A DNA stretch of 64,000 nucleotides. Origin: Thermoplasmatales archaeon SW_10_69_26 (GTDB taxonomy: Archaea > Thermoplasmatota > SW-10-69-26). The position numbers were made by a program, and so were the translations under genes. The notes under the pieces are model-generated. The model saw only the letters and a list, made by a program, of their open reading frames with translations. It had not been told where the DNA came from and searched no databases. Shown piece by piece: positions 54,901 through 62,801 of the stretch. Numbering within the stretch: position 1 is the first letter of the stretch; every line of letters starts with the position of its first letter. Location: the NCBI GenBank assembly GCA_003009755.1, contig PXUB01000042.1:55821-119820 (forward strand), given 5' to 3'.

Positions 54901-55124
54901 CGACGGTCGTCCACGAGGAGGGCGCCAGCGAGACGGTTCACATCGCCAGCGTGCAGTCCCAGCAACCGCTGGGCGACCGCTTGGGCGAGTTCGCCATCCC
55001 CCTGTTGATCCTGCTCGCCATCGGGCTCGTCGTCGCGATCGCGGTCCTCGTCTACCGCCAACGCCGAGACGAGGAGGACGAGGACGCCGAACTCGAGCCC
55101 GAGGCGATCGACGGCGCCGCCTGA
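51909..55124 (+). CDS. Type-I membrane surface protein with Ig-like repeats and possible DNRLRE-like N-terminal domain (~1071 aa)
   Basis: Signal peptide; repeated strand-rich units ending D..GN/D..PP; C-terminal TM followed by RQRR and an acidic tail. Confidence 0.8.
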   Translation: MTSARHRRSVLFALLAVAALVGVAAAAQGQDRIRGDVLVNESSLIGFTDAEDTAIEEVDERPSDSRLEASDVGLRGPDTVSRPSGDEGQRAYMLGLSASAALGIDQPVLDRYANGELDDAFLELSYQNGCSSPNGELVVQAIETRSWSPFDVGWDDTTLGNGSIAIDGPELARAPISTSSAQDNPDIGCNQATLALETDRVERVLNAELGGIALTWQGEQPLNVSTLNSEDPPVLDVNFTTQGPSVDEIAVADGYPAVVDTGERFSIAVNATDAQDLPDDAVAIDVAPQNETVNNASTLEATRSGDLFVASQTFTADAEGRYTLQGQATDTDGWIDREPPDASAPHVVADGTAPEIPVATLGPQATGTLVDADEGTSLDLAANVSDLTCAAGVSPCGEWRLAWHDQTLANGTLTSDHRIQAQVPLPRPGNTTATLVVEDAIGHTNRSTTWTLNVTDTVPPTASPLEGTDLSPGQGITVENGTPIQLRAQIEDDLPVEGRLVLEGSQTIDRDLPAPDEDGLIEAEITGVPQGSYRARLVLDDGTHTRRVGFGDLTVAAQGAPSVSIDLPSTRIGPKQALDATVRDRDLDEAKTTVVAEVNGLEVQPDVDREPVENGLDLTIHLGDVGHEDIVNVTVRAQDRQGLEADARARVTVDAEPPTLVEPETDTWAAPGDTVRLSARDPGGGDVSMTLDAPQTRSAGPSPRSVTIDKLVPEPGRLVNVSVTLSDDIGNEQTTSVHVGLDDAPPEASPVFTREGLIIDTQDNASGVLRVDALVGVDGEPLNETQVFQESPTRFFVATGDLTRGDEVALAAQVRDRVGHETALGTAQDPLELTVPDRAPRIEIERASATIADVGRVNWTAEDPDEDPLDVTVEVTRPDGTRETVSGQAIGSHAIEPGEPGRYGVTVEASSAGNATQASTFFYLGPEGRLVQATSVPDDVEPGRSLVVELSFASEPQQVFVTATDEDEAVTSATVDLQGSQATATFEGLPEGTYDLEATVVHEEGASETVHIASVQSQQPLGDRLGEFAIPLLILLAIGLVVAIAVLVYRQRRDEEDEDAELEPEAIDGAA

Positions 55125-55129
55125 GGCAG

Positions 55130-55151
55130 GCGAGGGTTCGGGACCCTTCGC
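55130..55151. terminator. Hairpin between convergent genes
   Basis: GCGAGGGT-TCGGG-ACCCTTCGC just after the stop at 55124. Confidence 0.3.
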
Positions 55152-55309
55152 TCGCGATCGCCTTCATCCTGCTGGTGGGTTGTGCCCTGCGGGCCCCTCG
55201 AGCCTCGGCCCCGCTGGATCCCCTCTCGGGCTGGCCCCGAGGGCGGCCCGTCTTCCCGCCGGTCCCCTCGTTGCTACTGTTTCCCTGCTCGTTTGCCCGT
55301 CCGTGACCG

Positions 55310-57136
55310 TCACTCGTCGGGGTACATCGTCTCGATCTCGTCGGCGAAGTGCTCCTCCACGACGCGGCGCTTGATCTTCATCGTCGGCGTCATCTCGTCG
55401 TGATCCTCGTCGAGGACGCGAGGCAGCAGGGCGATCTCCTTGAGGCTCTCGTAGCGGGCCAGATCCTCGTTGACGCGGTCGACCTCCGCCCAGATCCGGT
55501 CCCGGACGGCTTCGTTTTCCACGAGGTCCCCGTGGCTGTCGACGGCGAGGCCCTCCTCGTCGGCCCAGGTCGTCAGCTGCTCGAAGTCGGGCGCGATGAG
55601 CGCGGACACGAACTTGCGGTCCTCGCCGACGACGAGGACCTGCTCGATGAAGGGTCGCTCCTTCAGCTTGCCCTCGATCTTGTTCGGCACGATGTACTTG
55701 CCGTAGGCGGTCTTGAAGATCTTCTTCAGCCGGTCGGTGATGTAGAGGAACCCGTCGTCGTCGAGGCGGCCGACGTCGCCGGTGCGCAGCCAGCCGTCCT
55801 CGGTGAACAGCTCCTCGGTCTGCTCGTCGAGCCCGTCGTAGCCCTGCGTGACGTTGGGGCCTCGAACCTGGATCTCGCCTTCGTCCTCGGCGCCGTCCCA
55901 GGTCTCCTGCGCGATGCGGACCTCGACCTCGTCCAGCGTCTGACCGACGCTGCCGATCCGGTAGGCGCCCGGCCGGTTGCAGCTGATGACCGGGCTCGTC
56001 TCGGTGAGGCCATAGCCCTGCATGATCCACAGACCGGCGCTGGCGAAGAACTCCATGATGGCGGGGTTCAGCGCCGCACCGCCGGACACGAAGTACTTCA
56101 GCCGGCCGCCGGTGACGTCCTGCAGCTTGTCCAGCACGAGCGTGTCGGCGAGGTTCTTCTTCACGGCCAGCCAGCCCTCGACGGGCTCGTCGTGGATCTC
56201 GTGCCGGGCGACCTCGCGGCCGACGCCGACCGCCCACGCGAACAACCGCTCGGCGACGGGGCCCTTGTCCTCCATCTTGTCGCGGATGCTCTGGTGCATC
56301 TTCTCGTACAGGCGCGGCACCGACAGCATCACGGTCGGCTGCACCTCCTGCATGTTGTCCTGCAGCTCGTCCTGGCCCTCGGCGAAGCACACGGTGGATC
56401 CGGTCGAGTAGGGCACGAACTCGTCGCCGGTGCGCGCGAAGCTGTGCGCCAGCGGCAGGAACGCCAGGTGGATCTCCTCCTCGATCGGGAGAGCCTCGAC
56501 GGTGGCTTCCACGTTCGAGGCGAAGTTCCGGTGGGTGAGCATGACGCCTTTCGGGTCGCCTGTCGTGCCGCTCGTGTAGACCAGCGAGGCCAGATCCTCG
56601 GGCCCGCGCGCGTCCATGCGCTCGGGGAGGGTCTCGGGCAGCTGGTCGTTGTACGTGTTGCCCTGGGTGTACAGCTCGTCCATCCCCAGGATGTTGGACT
56701 TCTCCTCGTAGCCCTCGGGGACCGGGCCCATGACGACGATCGTCTCGAGATCGTCGAGGCGACCCTGTTGGCTGAGCACGCCCTCGAGCTTGTCCTCGTC
56801 CTCGACGAACACGACCTTGGCGCCGGCGTCCTCGAGGATGTAGCCCGCCTGGTCGGCCGGCAGGGTCTCGTACACGGGCGCGGTGACGGCGCCGGCGTGC
56901 ATCGAGGCGTAGTCGGCGATCACCCACTCGGGGCTGTTGGCCGACCAGATGCCCACGCGGTCGCCCGGTTCGAGATCGAGGAACAACAGGCCGCCGGCCA
57001 GGTCCTCCACGAACCCCTGCAGGTCCTCGTACGTGATCTCCTGCCAGCGTCCCTCGCGCTTGTAGCGCATCGCGACCTCGTCGGCGTGCTCTTCCGCCGA
57101 GGCCTGGAACAGATCGACGAGCGTTCGCTGTAGCAA
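55310..57136 (-). CDS. fadD: Long-chain fatty acid--CoA ligase (AMP-dependent synthetase)
   Basis: YTSGTTGDPKG, FLPLAH, VPRLYEK, GYGLTETSP, GWLRTGDVG, ITDRLK. GGAGG precedes TTG 57136. Confidence 0.9.
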   Translation of the reverse strand: MLQRTLVDLFQASAEEHADEVAMRYKREGRWQEITYEDLQGFVEDLAGGLLFLDLEPGDRVGIWSANSPEWVIADYASMHAGAVTAPVYETLPADQAGYILEDAGAKVVFVEDEDKLEGVLSQQGRLDDLETIVVMGPVPEGYEEKSNILGMDELYTQGNTYNDQLPETLPERMDARGPEDLASLVYTSGTTGDPKGVMLTHRNFASNVEATVEALPIEEEIHLAFLPLAHSFARTGDEFVPYSTGSTVCFAEGQDELQDNMQEVQPTVMLSVPRLYEKMHQSIRDKMEDKGPVAERLFAWAVGVGREVARHEIHDEPVEGWLAVKKNLADTLVLDKLQDVTGGRLKYFVSGGAALNPAIMEFFASAGLWIMQGYGLTETSPVISCNRPGAYRIGSVGQTLDEVEVRIAQETWDGAEDEGEIQVRGPNVTQGYDGLDEQTEELFTEDGWLRTGDVGRLDDDGFLYITDRLKKIFKTAYGKYIVPNKIEGKLKERPFIEQVLVVGEDRKFVSALIAPDFEQLTTWADEEGLAVDSHGDLVENEAVRDRIWAEVDRVNEDLARYESLKEIALLPRVLDEDHDEMTPTMKIKRRVVEEHFADEIETMYPDE

Positions 57137-57269
57137 AACGGGCCACCCTCCAGGGTGACGCATCCTGGCACGCCCTCATAAAGCTATGTGCGCGGCCGCA
57201 GCCCGGCGGCGTCGACCCGGGTCCTCGCCAATCGTGGCAAGCAAGTACCCCCAGCTCGTTCGACCGAGC

Positions 57270-58031
57270 GTGGACGCCAGCGTCGTCGTGGTCGGCAACG
57301 AGCTGTTGTCCGGGCACACCGAGGACGCCAACGGCCCCTTCCTCGCCGAGCAGATGCGCGAGCTCGGCCACCGCGTGCGGCGGATCACCGTCGTCCCCGA
57401 CGACGAGCACGAGATCGTGTCCGCCCTGCAGGATGCCAAGGCCCGGGCCGGTCTCGTGTTCGTGTGCGGCGGCCTGGGCCCCACGGCCGACGACGTGACG
57501 ATCGACGCCGTCGCTGCGTTCCTCGAGCGCCCGCTGCACGAACCCGAGCCCGCCCGCGAGCAGATCCACCGCATCTACCGCAAAGGGCACAAGCGCGACC
57601 TCATCGACAGCCCCGACGTCGACGACGACGCCTGGCGCATGGCCCGGGTCCCCGAAGGCGCCACGGTCGTCCGCAACGACGAGGGCGCCGCCCCCGGCAG
57701 CGTGCACACGGTCGCCGACACCCGGCTGTACGTGCTCCCGGGGCCGCCCGCCGAGCTGCAGTCCGTCGTCCACCACCTCCGCCGCCGGGACCTGATCCCG
57801 GTCGAGGACGCGATGACGGAGATCGAGGTCGAGCTCGACACCTTCGAGGCCCCCGTCTCCAGCGAGCTGGACACGCTCGACCGCGAGAACCCGGACGTCG
57901 AGATCGGCTCCTACCCCCAGCACGGGGAACGCCGGGTGGTCGTGCGGTTGCGCGGCGAGCCCGAGGCCGTCGAGGACGCCCACGAGGCCCTGAACGAGGC
58001 GCTGGGCGACATCGTGATCGACGGAGCCTAG
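57270..58031 (+). CDS. cinA: CinA-like molybdopterin-binding-domain protein
   Basis: VGNELLSGHTEDAN, GGLGPTADDVT, LPGPPAEL, IGSYP. Confidence 0.85.
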   Translation: MDASVVVVGNELLSGHTEDANGPFLAEQMRELGHRVRRITVVPDDEHEIVSALQDAKARAGLVFVCGGLGPTADDVTIDAVAAFLERPLHEPEPAREQIHRIYRKGHKRDLIDSPDVDDDAWRMARVPEGATVVRNDEGAAPGSVHTVADTRLYVLPGPPAELQSVVHHLRRRDLIPVEDAMTEIEVELDTFEAPVSSELDTLDRENPDVEIGSYPQHGERRVVVRLRGEPEAVEDAHEALNEALGDIVIDGA

Positions 58032-58032
58032 G

Positions 58033-58629
58033 ATGCACGTCAAGGACGAGGTCCGCCTGATCGGGTTCGACGAGGGCCCGTTCACCTTCGAGGATACCAC
58101 CTGCCCGCTGGCCGGCGTCATGACGCGCGGCGGCGGCTACCTGGAAGCCGTGCTCGTGGACGAGATCACCGTCGACGGCACCGACGTCGACGACACCGTG
58201 ATCGAGCTGCTCGCCGACAGCTCCCTGCTCGAGACCGCCCAAGCGATCGCCTTCCAGGGCGGCACGCTGGCCGGGTTCAACGTCCTCGACCTCGCCCGCC
58301 TGCACCAGACCCTCGGCCTGCCCGTCCTCGCCCTGACCGAGGACGAACCCGACCCGCCGGCGGTCCGGCAGGCCCTGAGGGACACCGTCCGGGACCCCGA
58401 CCGGCGCATCGAGCTGCTCGAAGCCCAGCCCGTGCACCCGGTCTCGCTGGACGAGGGCACCATCCACATGCGCCACGTCGGCGGCGACCACGACCAGCTG
58501 GCCGAGCTCGTCCGCGCCCACACCGTGCGCGGCCTGCGCCCGGAACCGGTCCGCATCGCCGGCCTCGTGGCTCGCGCCCTCGCCCGCGGCTCCTCCACCG
58601 GGACCCAACCCCCCACCGAACCGGACTAG
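58033..58629 (+). CDS. DUF99 family protein (endonuclease V-like)
   Basis: IGFDEGPF, ITVDGTD, GGTLAGFNVLD, PEPVRIA. Confidence 0.85.
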   Translation: MHVKDEVRLIGFDEGPFTFEDTTCPLAGVMTRGGGYLEAVLVDEITVDGTDVDDTVIELLADSSLLETAQAIAFQGGTLAGFNVLDLARLHQTLGLPVLALTEDEPDPPAVRQALRDTVRDPDRRIELLEAQPVHPVSLDEGTIHMRHVGGDHDQLAELVRAHTVRGLRPEPVRIAGLVARALARGSSTGTQPPTEPD

Positions 58630-58631
58630 CC

Positions 58632-58799
58632 CGCGCTGGAAGGAAGAAACGGCGGGGGGCCACCAAGTACGCGAGGGGACGCCAGGGCACAAAGAAGAGC
58701 AGCTGCCGTGACAACGCCGCCCGGCGGCGAGTACACAGGCCCTTCGTGGCCATGGCGATCCTTCGTGTCCTTCGCGGCCCCTGCTTAACGAGACAGCGG
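58632..58799. mobile_element. MITE-like palindromic element, copy B (inverted relative to copy A)
   Basis: Flanked by CGGACTAGCC (58622-58631) and CGGGCTAGCC (58800-58809), 9/10 match; reverse complement matches 7188-7354. Confidence 0.85.
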
Positions 58800-58837
58800 C
58801 GGGCTAGCCTGCCCTCACCTTTTTGCCGGCGACCCCG

Positions 58838-59830
58838 ATGGCGGCTGCGGTGGCCGAACGACTCGTCCGCTCCCGAGGCTCGACCTCGCCCGATCACGGT
58901 GCCAAGCCCGCCAAGCGGCCCGTGGACGAGTACGTCCGCCGGGGAGCCGTCGTGCTCGACAAGCCCGAGGGCCCCTCCAGCCACCAGGTCGCCGCCTGGG
59001 TCCGCGACATCTTCGACGTGGACAAGGCCGGCCACGCCGGGACCCTGGACCCCAACGTGACCGGATTGCTCCCGATCGGGCTCGCCGACGCCACGAAAGG
59101 CCTGGAACCGCTGAAGGCCCAGGACAAGGCCTACGTCGGCGTCATCGAGCTTCACGACGACGTCCCCCGCAACCGCATCGAAGAGGCCTTGTCCACCTTC
59201 ACCGGCGACGTCTACCAGCGGCCGCCCAAACGCAGTGCCGTGAAACGCCAACTCCGGGTGCGCCGGATCGACGACTTCGATGCGATCGAGATCGACGATC
59301 GCCGCATCCTGGCCCGCGTCGACTGCGAGGGCGGCACCTACATCCGCAAGCTCGCCCACGACGTCGGCACCTACCTCGGCGTCGGCGCCCACCTCGACGA
59401 GCTGCGCCGCACGCGCGTCGGCCACATCACCGAGGACCGGGCCGTCACGCTCCACGACGTCAAGGACGCCTGGGAGGAGTTCAAGCAGACCGGCCGCGAC
59501 GACTGGTTGCGCGAGGCCGTGATCCCCTTCGAACGCCTGCTCGACCACCTGCCGCGGATCACCGTGCGCGACACCGCCGTCGACGCCGTCTGCCACGGCG
59601 CCCCGCTGGCGATCCCGGGCGTGCTCGACATCGAGCGCACCATCTCGGCTGGCGACCAGGTCGTCCTCATGACCTTGAAGGGCGAAGCGGTCGCGCTCGC
59701 CGAAGCCGAGAAGACCGCCGTCGAGACGATCATGCAGGAGACCGGCGTCGTCGCCCGGCCCCACCGCCAACTGATGGACGAGGGCACCTACCCCCAGCAC
59801 TGGGGCGAGGACGAAGCCGAGGACGCCTGA
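58838..59830 (+). CDS. cbf5: H/ACA RNA-guided pseudouridine synthase Cbf5 (TruB family, PUA domain)
   Basis: LDKPEGPSSHQV, GHAGTLDP, YQRPP.RSAVKRQLRVR, GTYIRKLAHD, ELRRTR, MTLKGEAVA. Confidence 0.95.
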   Translation: MAAAVAERLVRSRGSTSPDHGAKPAKRPVDEYVRRGAVVLDKPEGPSSHQVAAWVRDIFDVDKAGHAGTLDPNVTGLLPIGLADATKGLEPLKAQDKAYVGVIELHDDVPRNRIEEALSTFTGDVYQRPPKRSAVKRQLRVRRIDDFDAIEIDDRRILARVDCEGGTYIRKLAHDVGTYLGVGAHLDELRRTRVGHITEDRAVTLHDVKDAWEEFKQTGRDDWLREAVIPFERLLDHLPRITVRDTAVDAVCHGAPLAIPGVLDIERTISAGDQVVLMTLKGEAVALAEAEKTAVETIMQETGVVARPHRQLMDEGTYPQHWGEDEAEDA

Positions 59831-59831
59831 C

Positions 59832-60548
59832 TCAGACCTGCTCGTCGTAGGCCAGCTGGCGCTGCAGCGTGCGTGCCTGCTCCAGCAGGCGACCGATCTC
59901 ATCCATGACCTCGTCGGTGATCTTGCGGTACAGGTCGACGTCGCCGACGCGATCCTCGACCCCGTGGTACACCATCGGTTCCCCGGCGTTGATCACCAGC
60001 GGGTCGTCGAGGTTCGGGACGCGGGCGTGCTTGGGCAGGATGCTGTAGCTCGTCAACGCCACGGGGACGACCGGCTGCCCGCTGCGCACGGCCACGCGCG
60101 CAACGCCGGTCCGACCCCGGCGCAGGGAGCCGTCGATCGTGCGCGAGCCCTCCGGGAAGATGCCGGACAGCCTGCCCTCGCGCGCCAGCTCGACCGACTT
60201 GTCCACCGCGGCCTGGTTGCCGCCCGAGATGCGGTCGACCTTGATCTGGCCGGCCTTCTCGAAGAAGGTCTCCGTGATGGGGTTGCGGAACAGCCCGGCC
60301 TTCGCCATCCAGTGCACGGGGCGATCGAGAACCGAGCCCAGGAACACCGGGTCGAACCAGGAGGCGTGGTTGGACGCGATCACGCCTCCGCCCTCGTCGG
60401 GCACGTTCGCCAGCCCTCGCGCCTCGACGTCGAAGCTCTCTTGGACGGGCCGGCTTGCCAGGCGCTTGAGCACCTCGTACACCGGCACCTCCTCCCACTC
60501 CTGGGGGTTGGCACCCCTGAGACCGAGATCGAACGGGAGGAGCCCCAT
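59832..60548 (-). CDS. plsC: PlsC-like lysophospholipid acyltransferase
   Basis: NHASWFD (HX4D), MAKAGLF, FPEGSRT. Confidence 0.88.
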   Translation of the reverse strand: MGLLPFDLGLRGANPQEWEEVPVYEVLKRLASRPVQESFDVEARGLANVPDEGGGVIASNHASWFDPVFLGSVLDRPVHWMAKAGLFRNPITETFFEKAGQIKVDRISGGNQAAVDKSVELAREGRLSGIFPEGSRTIDGSLRRGRTGVARVAVRSGQPVVPVALTSYSILPKHARVPNLDDPLVINAGEPMVYHGVEDRVGDVDLYRKITDEVMDEIGRLLEQARTLQRQLAYDEQV

Positions 60549-60618
60549 CGCGTGGCGATACGAGGCGGTTGCCAATACGTTTGCGGCCCATGGCAACCCA
60601 CCCCAGCCACGGGCGCCC

Positions 60619-61698
60619 TCACTCCTCGCCGGGCACCGGCGGCTGATCGAGCTCTTTCTGCGGCGGCGTGGGCCGCTGCTCCATGTAGATGCCGAGCATC
60701 GTCAAGAACAACGCCAGGATGACGGGACCCAGAAGGAAGCCCATGAACCCGAACGCGATCAAGCCGCCGATCACGCCCAGCAGCGCGATCGTCGGGTGCA
60801 TGCCCGAGCGTTCGCTCATGATCTTGGGCTTGACCACGTTGTCGATCGTGGACACCAGCAGGGCGCTCCAGATGAGCAACCCGACCCCGCGACCCGTGGC
60901 ACCGCTCGCGATGAGGAACACGCTCACCGGCAGCCACACCAACGGCGGCCCGATGACGGGGAGAAGCGACAGGATCGCCGTCAGGAACCCGAACAGGACC
61001 GGCGCTGGCACCTGGAAGATCCAGAACCCCAGCCCGGCGGCCAAGCCCTGCACGACGGCCGTGGCCACCTGCCCGAACACGACGGCGTCGGTGTAGTTGC
61101 GCACCTCGTCGAGGATGCGTTCCTCGGTGTCCGGCTGCAGAGGCATCAGCTCCTCCACGAAGTCCACCAGCCGGTCACCGTCCCGCAGCGCGTAGTACCC
61201 GATGAACAGGACCACGGAGACGCCCAGCCCGAACTCGGCGAGGAACTGGGCCGCGTTCGGCAGCGCGTTCAGCACCGCCTGGCGGGCCTGGGGGACGGCC
61301 TGCTCGATCGCGGCATCGGCCGGCGTTTGGCCCTCCCGGGTCTCCGGCCAGCCCAGGTACTCGCGCGTCCAGTTCGTCACGCCCTCCAGGCTCTCGCGGA
61401 CGTCGGCGACGGTGACCTGCTGGGCCAGGTCCTGCGTCTGCAACACGAGCTCGTACCCGAGGTAACCGGCGGGGACGAGCACCAGGATGGACAACACGAT
61501 CAGGGACAAGGCGGCCGAGATCGCTCGCCGGGGGGCCAACCAGTCGTAGATGCGGGCGAAGATCGGGTACCCGAGGTACCCGACGAGCAGCCCGCCGAAG
61601 ATCAGGGACCACAGCGGGGCCACCATGAGGAACGAGAGGACGGCCAGCGCGGCCAGCAGGAGGTACATGGCCGGGTGGATGTCCTCGCTGGTGCCCAT
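60619..61698 (-). CDS. AI-2E family transporter
   Basis: YYALRDG, LPVIGPPLVWLP, IDNVVKP, HP..LLGVIGG..FGFMGFLLGPV. Confidence 0.9.
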   Translation of the reverse strand: MGTSEDIHPAMYLLLAALAVLSFLMVAPLWSLIFGGLLVGYLGYPIFARIYDWLAPRRAISAALSLIVLSILVLVPAGYLGYELVLQTQDLAQQVTVADVRESLEGVTNWTREYLGWPETREGQTPADAAIEQAVPQARQAVLNALPNAAQFLAEFGLGVSVVLFIGYYALRDGDRLVDFVEELMPLQPDTEERILDEVRNYTDAVVFGQVATAVVQGLAAGLGFWIFQVPAPVLFGFLTAILSLLPVIGPPLVWLPVSVFLIASGATGRGVGLLIWSALLVSTIDNVVKPKIMSERSGMHPTIALLGVIGGLIAFGFMGFLLGPVILALFLTMLGIYMEQRPTPPQKELDQPPVPGEE

Positions 61699-61821
61699 CG
61701 CCGGCCAAGGCTCGGTTTGCCTAAAGAAAGAACCGCTTCCCCGCTTGGGGCCTCCCAGCCTCGGGTCGCCCGTGGGAGAGACGTGCAGCCTTTAAGCAGG
61801 TCCAGATGTACGCGGGGGGTG

Positions 61822-62469
61822 ATGGCGTCCTCCAGGCCCGGCGTTGGCCGGTTGATCGTGGTCGAAGGCGTCGACGGGGCTGGCAAGACGACGGTGGCCC
61901 GACGCCTCGTCGACCGGCTGAAGCAGCGCGGCCACGACGTGCACGCCACGCGGGAACCGACCGACTCCTTCCGCGGCGACGCGATCCGACGAGCCCTGGA
62001 CGACCCCGACCACGATCCGGTCAGCGAGGCGCTGTTGTTCGCGGCCGACCACGCCGCCCACGTCGCCGGGCTCCGCCAGCGCCTGGCCGAGAACCAGCTC
62101 GTCGTCAGCGACCGCTACTCGACCAGCTGGCGCGTCTACCAATCGATCACGCTCGCGGACGCCTGGCCCGACCAAGCCGACGTCGACCCGGCGACGTGGC
62201 TCGAGGACCTCGTGGCGCCCTTCGAGCTGGCGCCCGACCGCGTGCTCGTGCTCGACCTCCCCGTCGAACAGGCGCTGGCTCGCCTCGACGACCGCGCCCG
62301 CGAGACCGAGAAGTTCGAACGCGGCCGCTTCCTCGAGACCGTGCGCGAGCGCTACCAGGCCCTCACCGAGCAAGAGGGCTACACCGCCGTGGACGCCACC
62401 GGATCGATCGAGGCCACCGTCGACACCTGCCTGCAGGCGATCGACCCCGTGCTGGAGGGAGAGCCGTGA
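61822..62469 (+). CDS. tmk: Thymidylate kinase
   Basis: VEGVDGAGKTT, TREP, LLFAAD, SDRY..S.VYQ. Confidence 0.92.
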   Translation: MASSRPGVGRLIVVEGVDGAGKTTVARRLVDRLKQRGHDVHATREPTDSFRGDAIRRALDDPDHDPVSEALLFAADHAAHVAGLRQRLAENQLVVSDRYSTSWRVYQSITLADAWPDQADVDPATWLEDLVAPFELAPDRVLVLDLPVEQALARLDDRARETEKFERGRFLETVRERYQALTEQEGYTAVDATGSIEATVDTCLQAIDPVLEGEP

Positions 62470-62801
62470 ACCTGCCCGGCAGCGCCAAGACCCACCTCTA
62501 CGTCGGCCTGATCGTGGCCTTCGTGGGCATCGTCGTCGGCGGCTACGCCTACACCGGCGATCGCATCTACGACATCGTGTACCTGCCCGTGGCCCTGTTC
62601 GGGCTCGCGCTCGTCCTCGCCGGCAGCGCGCTGGCCGGCTACGGCCAAGCCAACCGACCGCGGCTGGGCGGCCGCGGCCAGGACGAGGAACCCTCCATCT
62701 TCGGCAAGCTGGCGCTGTGGATCACGGATCGAGCACGCGGCGACGACGCCGAGCCCGAGGCCGAAGCCGACGACGTCGACGAACCGGCCGCCTCGTCGTG
62801 A
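62466..62801 (+). CDS. Small two-TM hypothetical protein
   Basis: GTGA overlap with tmk; two hydrophobic helices and an acidic tail. Confidence 0.7.
   Translation: MNLPGSAKTHLYVGLIVAFVGIVVGGYAYTGDRIYDIVYLPVALFGLALVLAGSALAGYGQANRPRLGGRGQDEEPSIFGKLALWITDRARGDDAEPEAEADDVDEPAASS

Noticed and set aside
55125-55309. GC-rich convergent intergenic region as a possible SRP, RNase P or H/ACA RNA
   Set aside because: Diagnostic motifs not found and no second copy in the window; needs an Rfam scan
60139-61821. 776-aa ORF suggesting a fused Tmk
   Set aside because: The upstream part is antisense to plsC and AI-2E; Tmk starts at 61822
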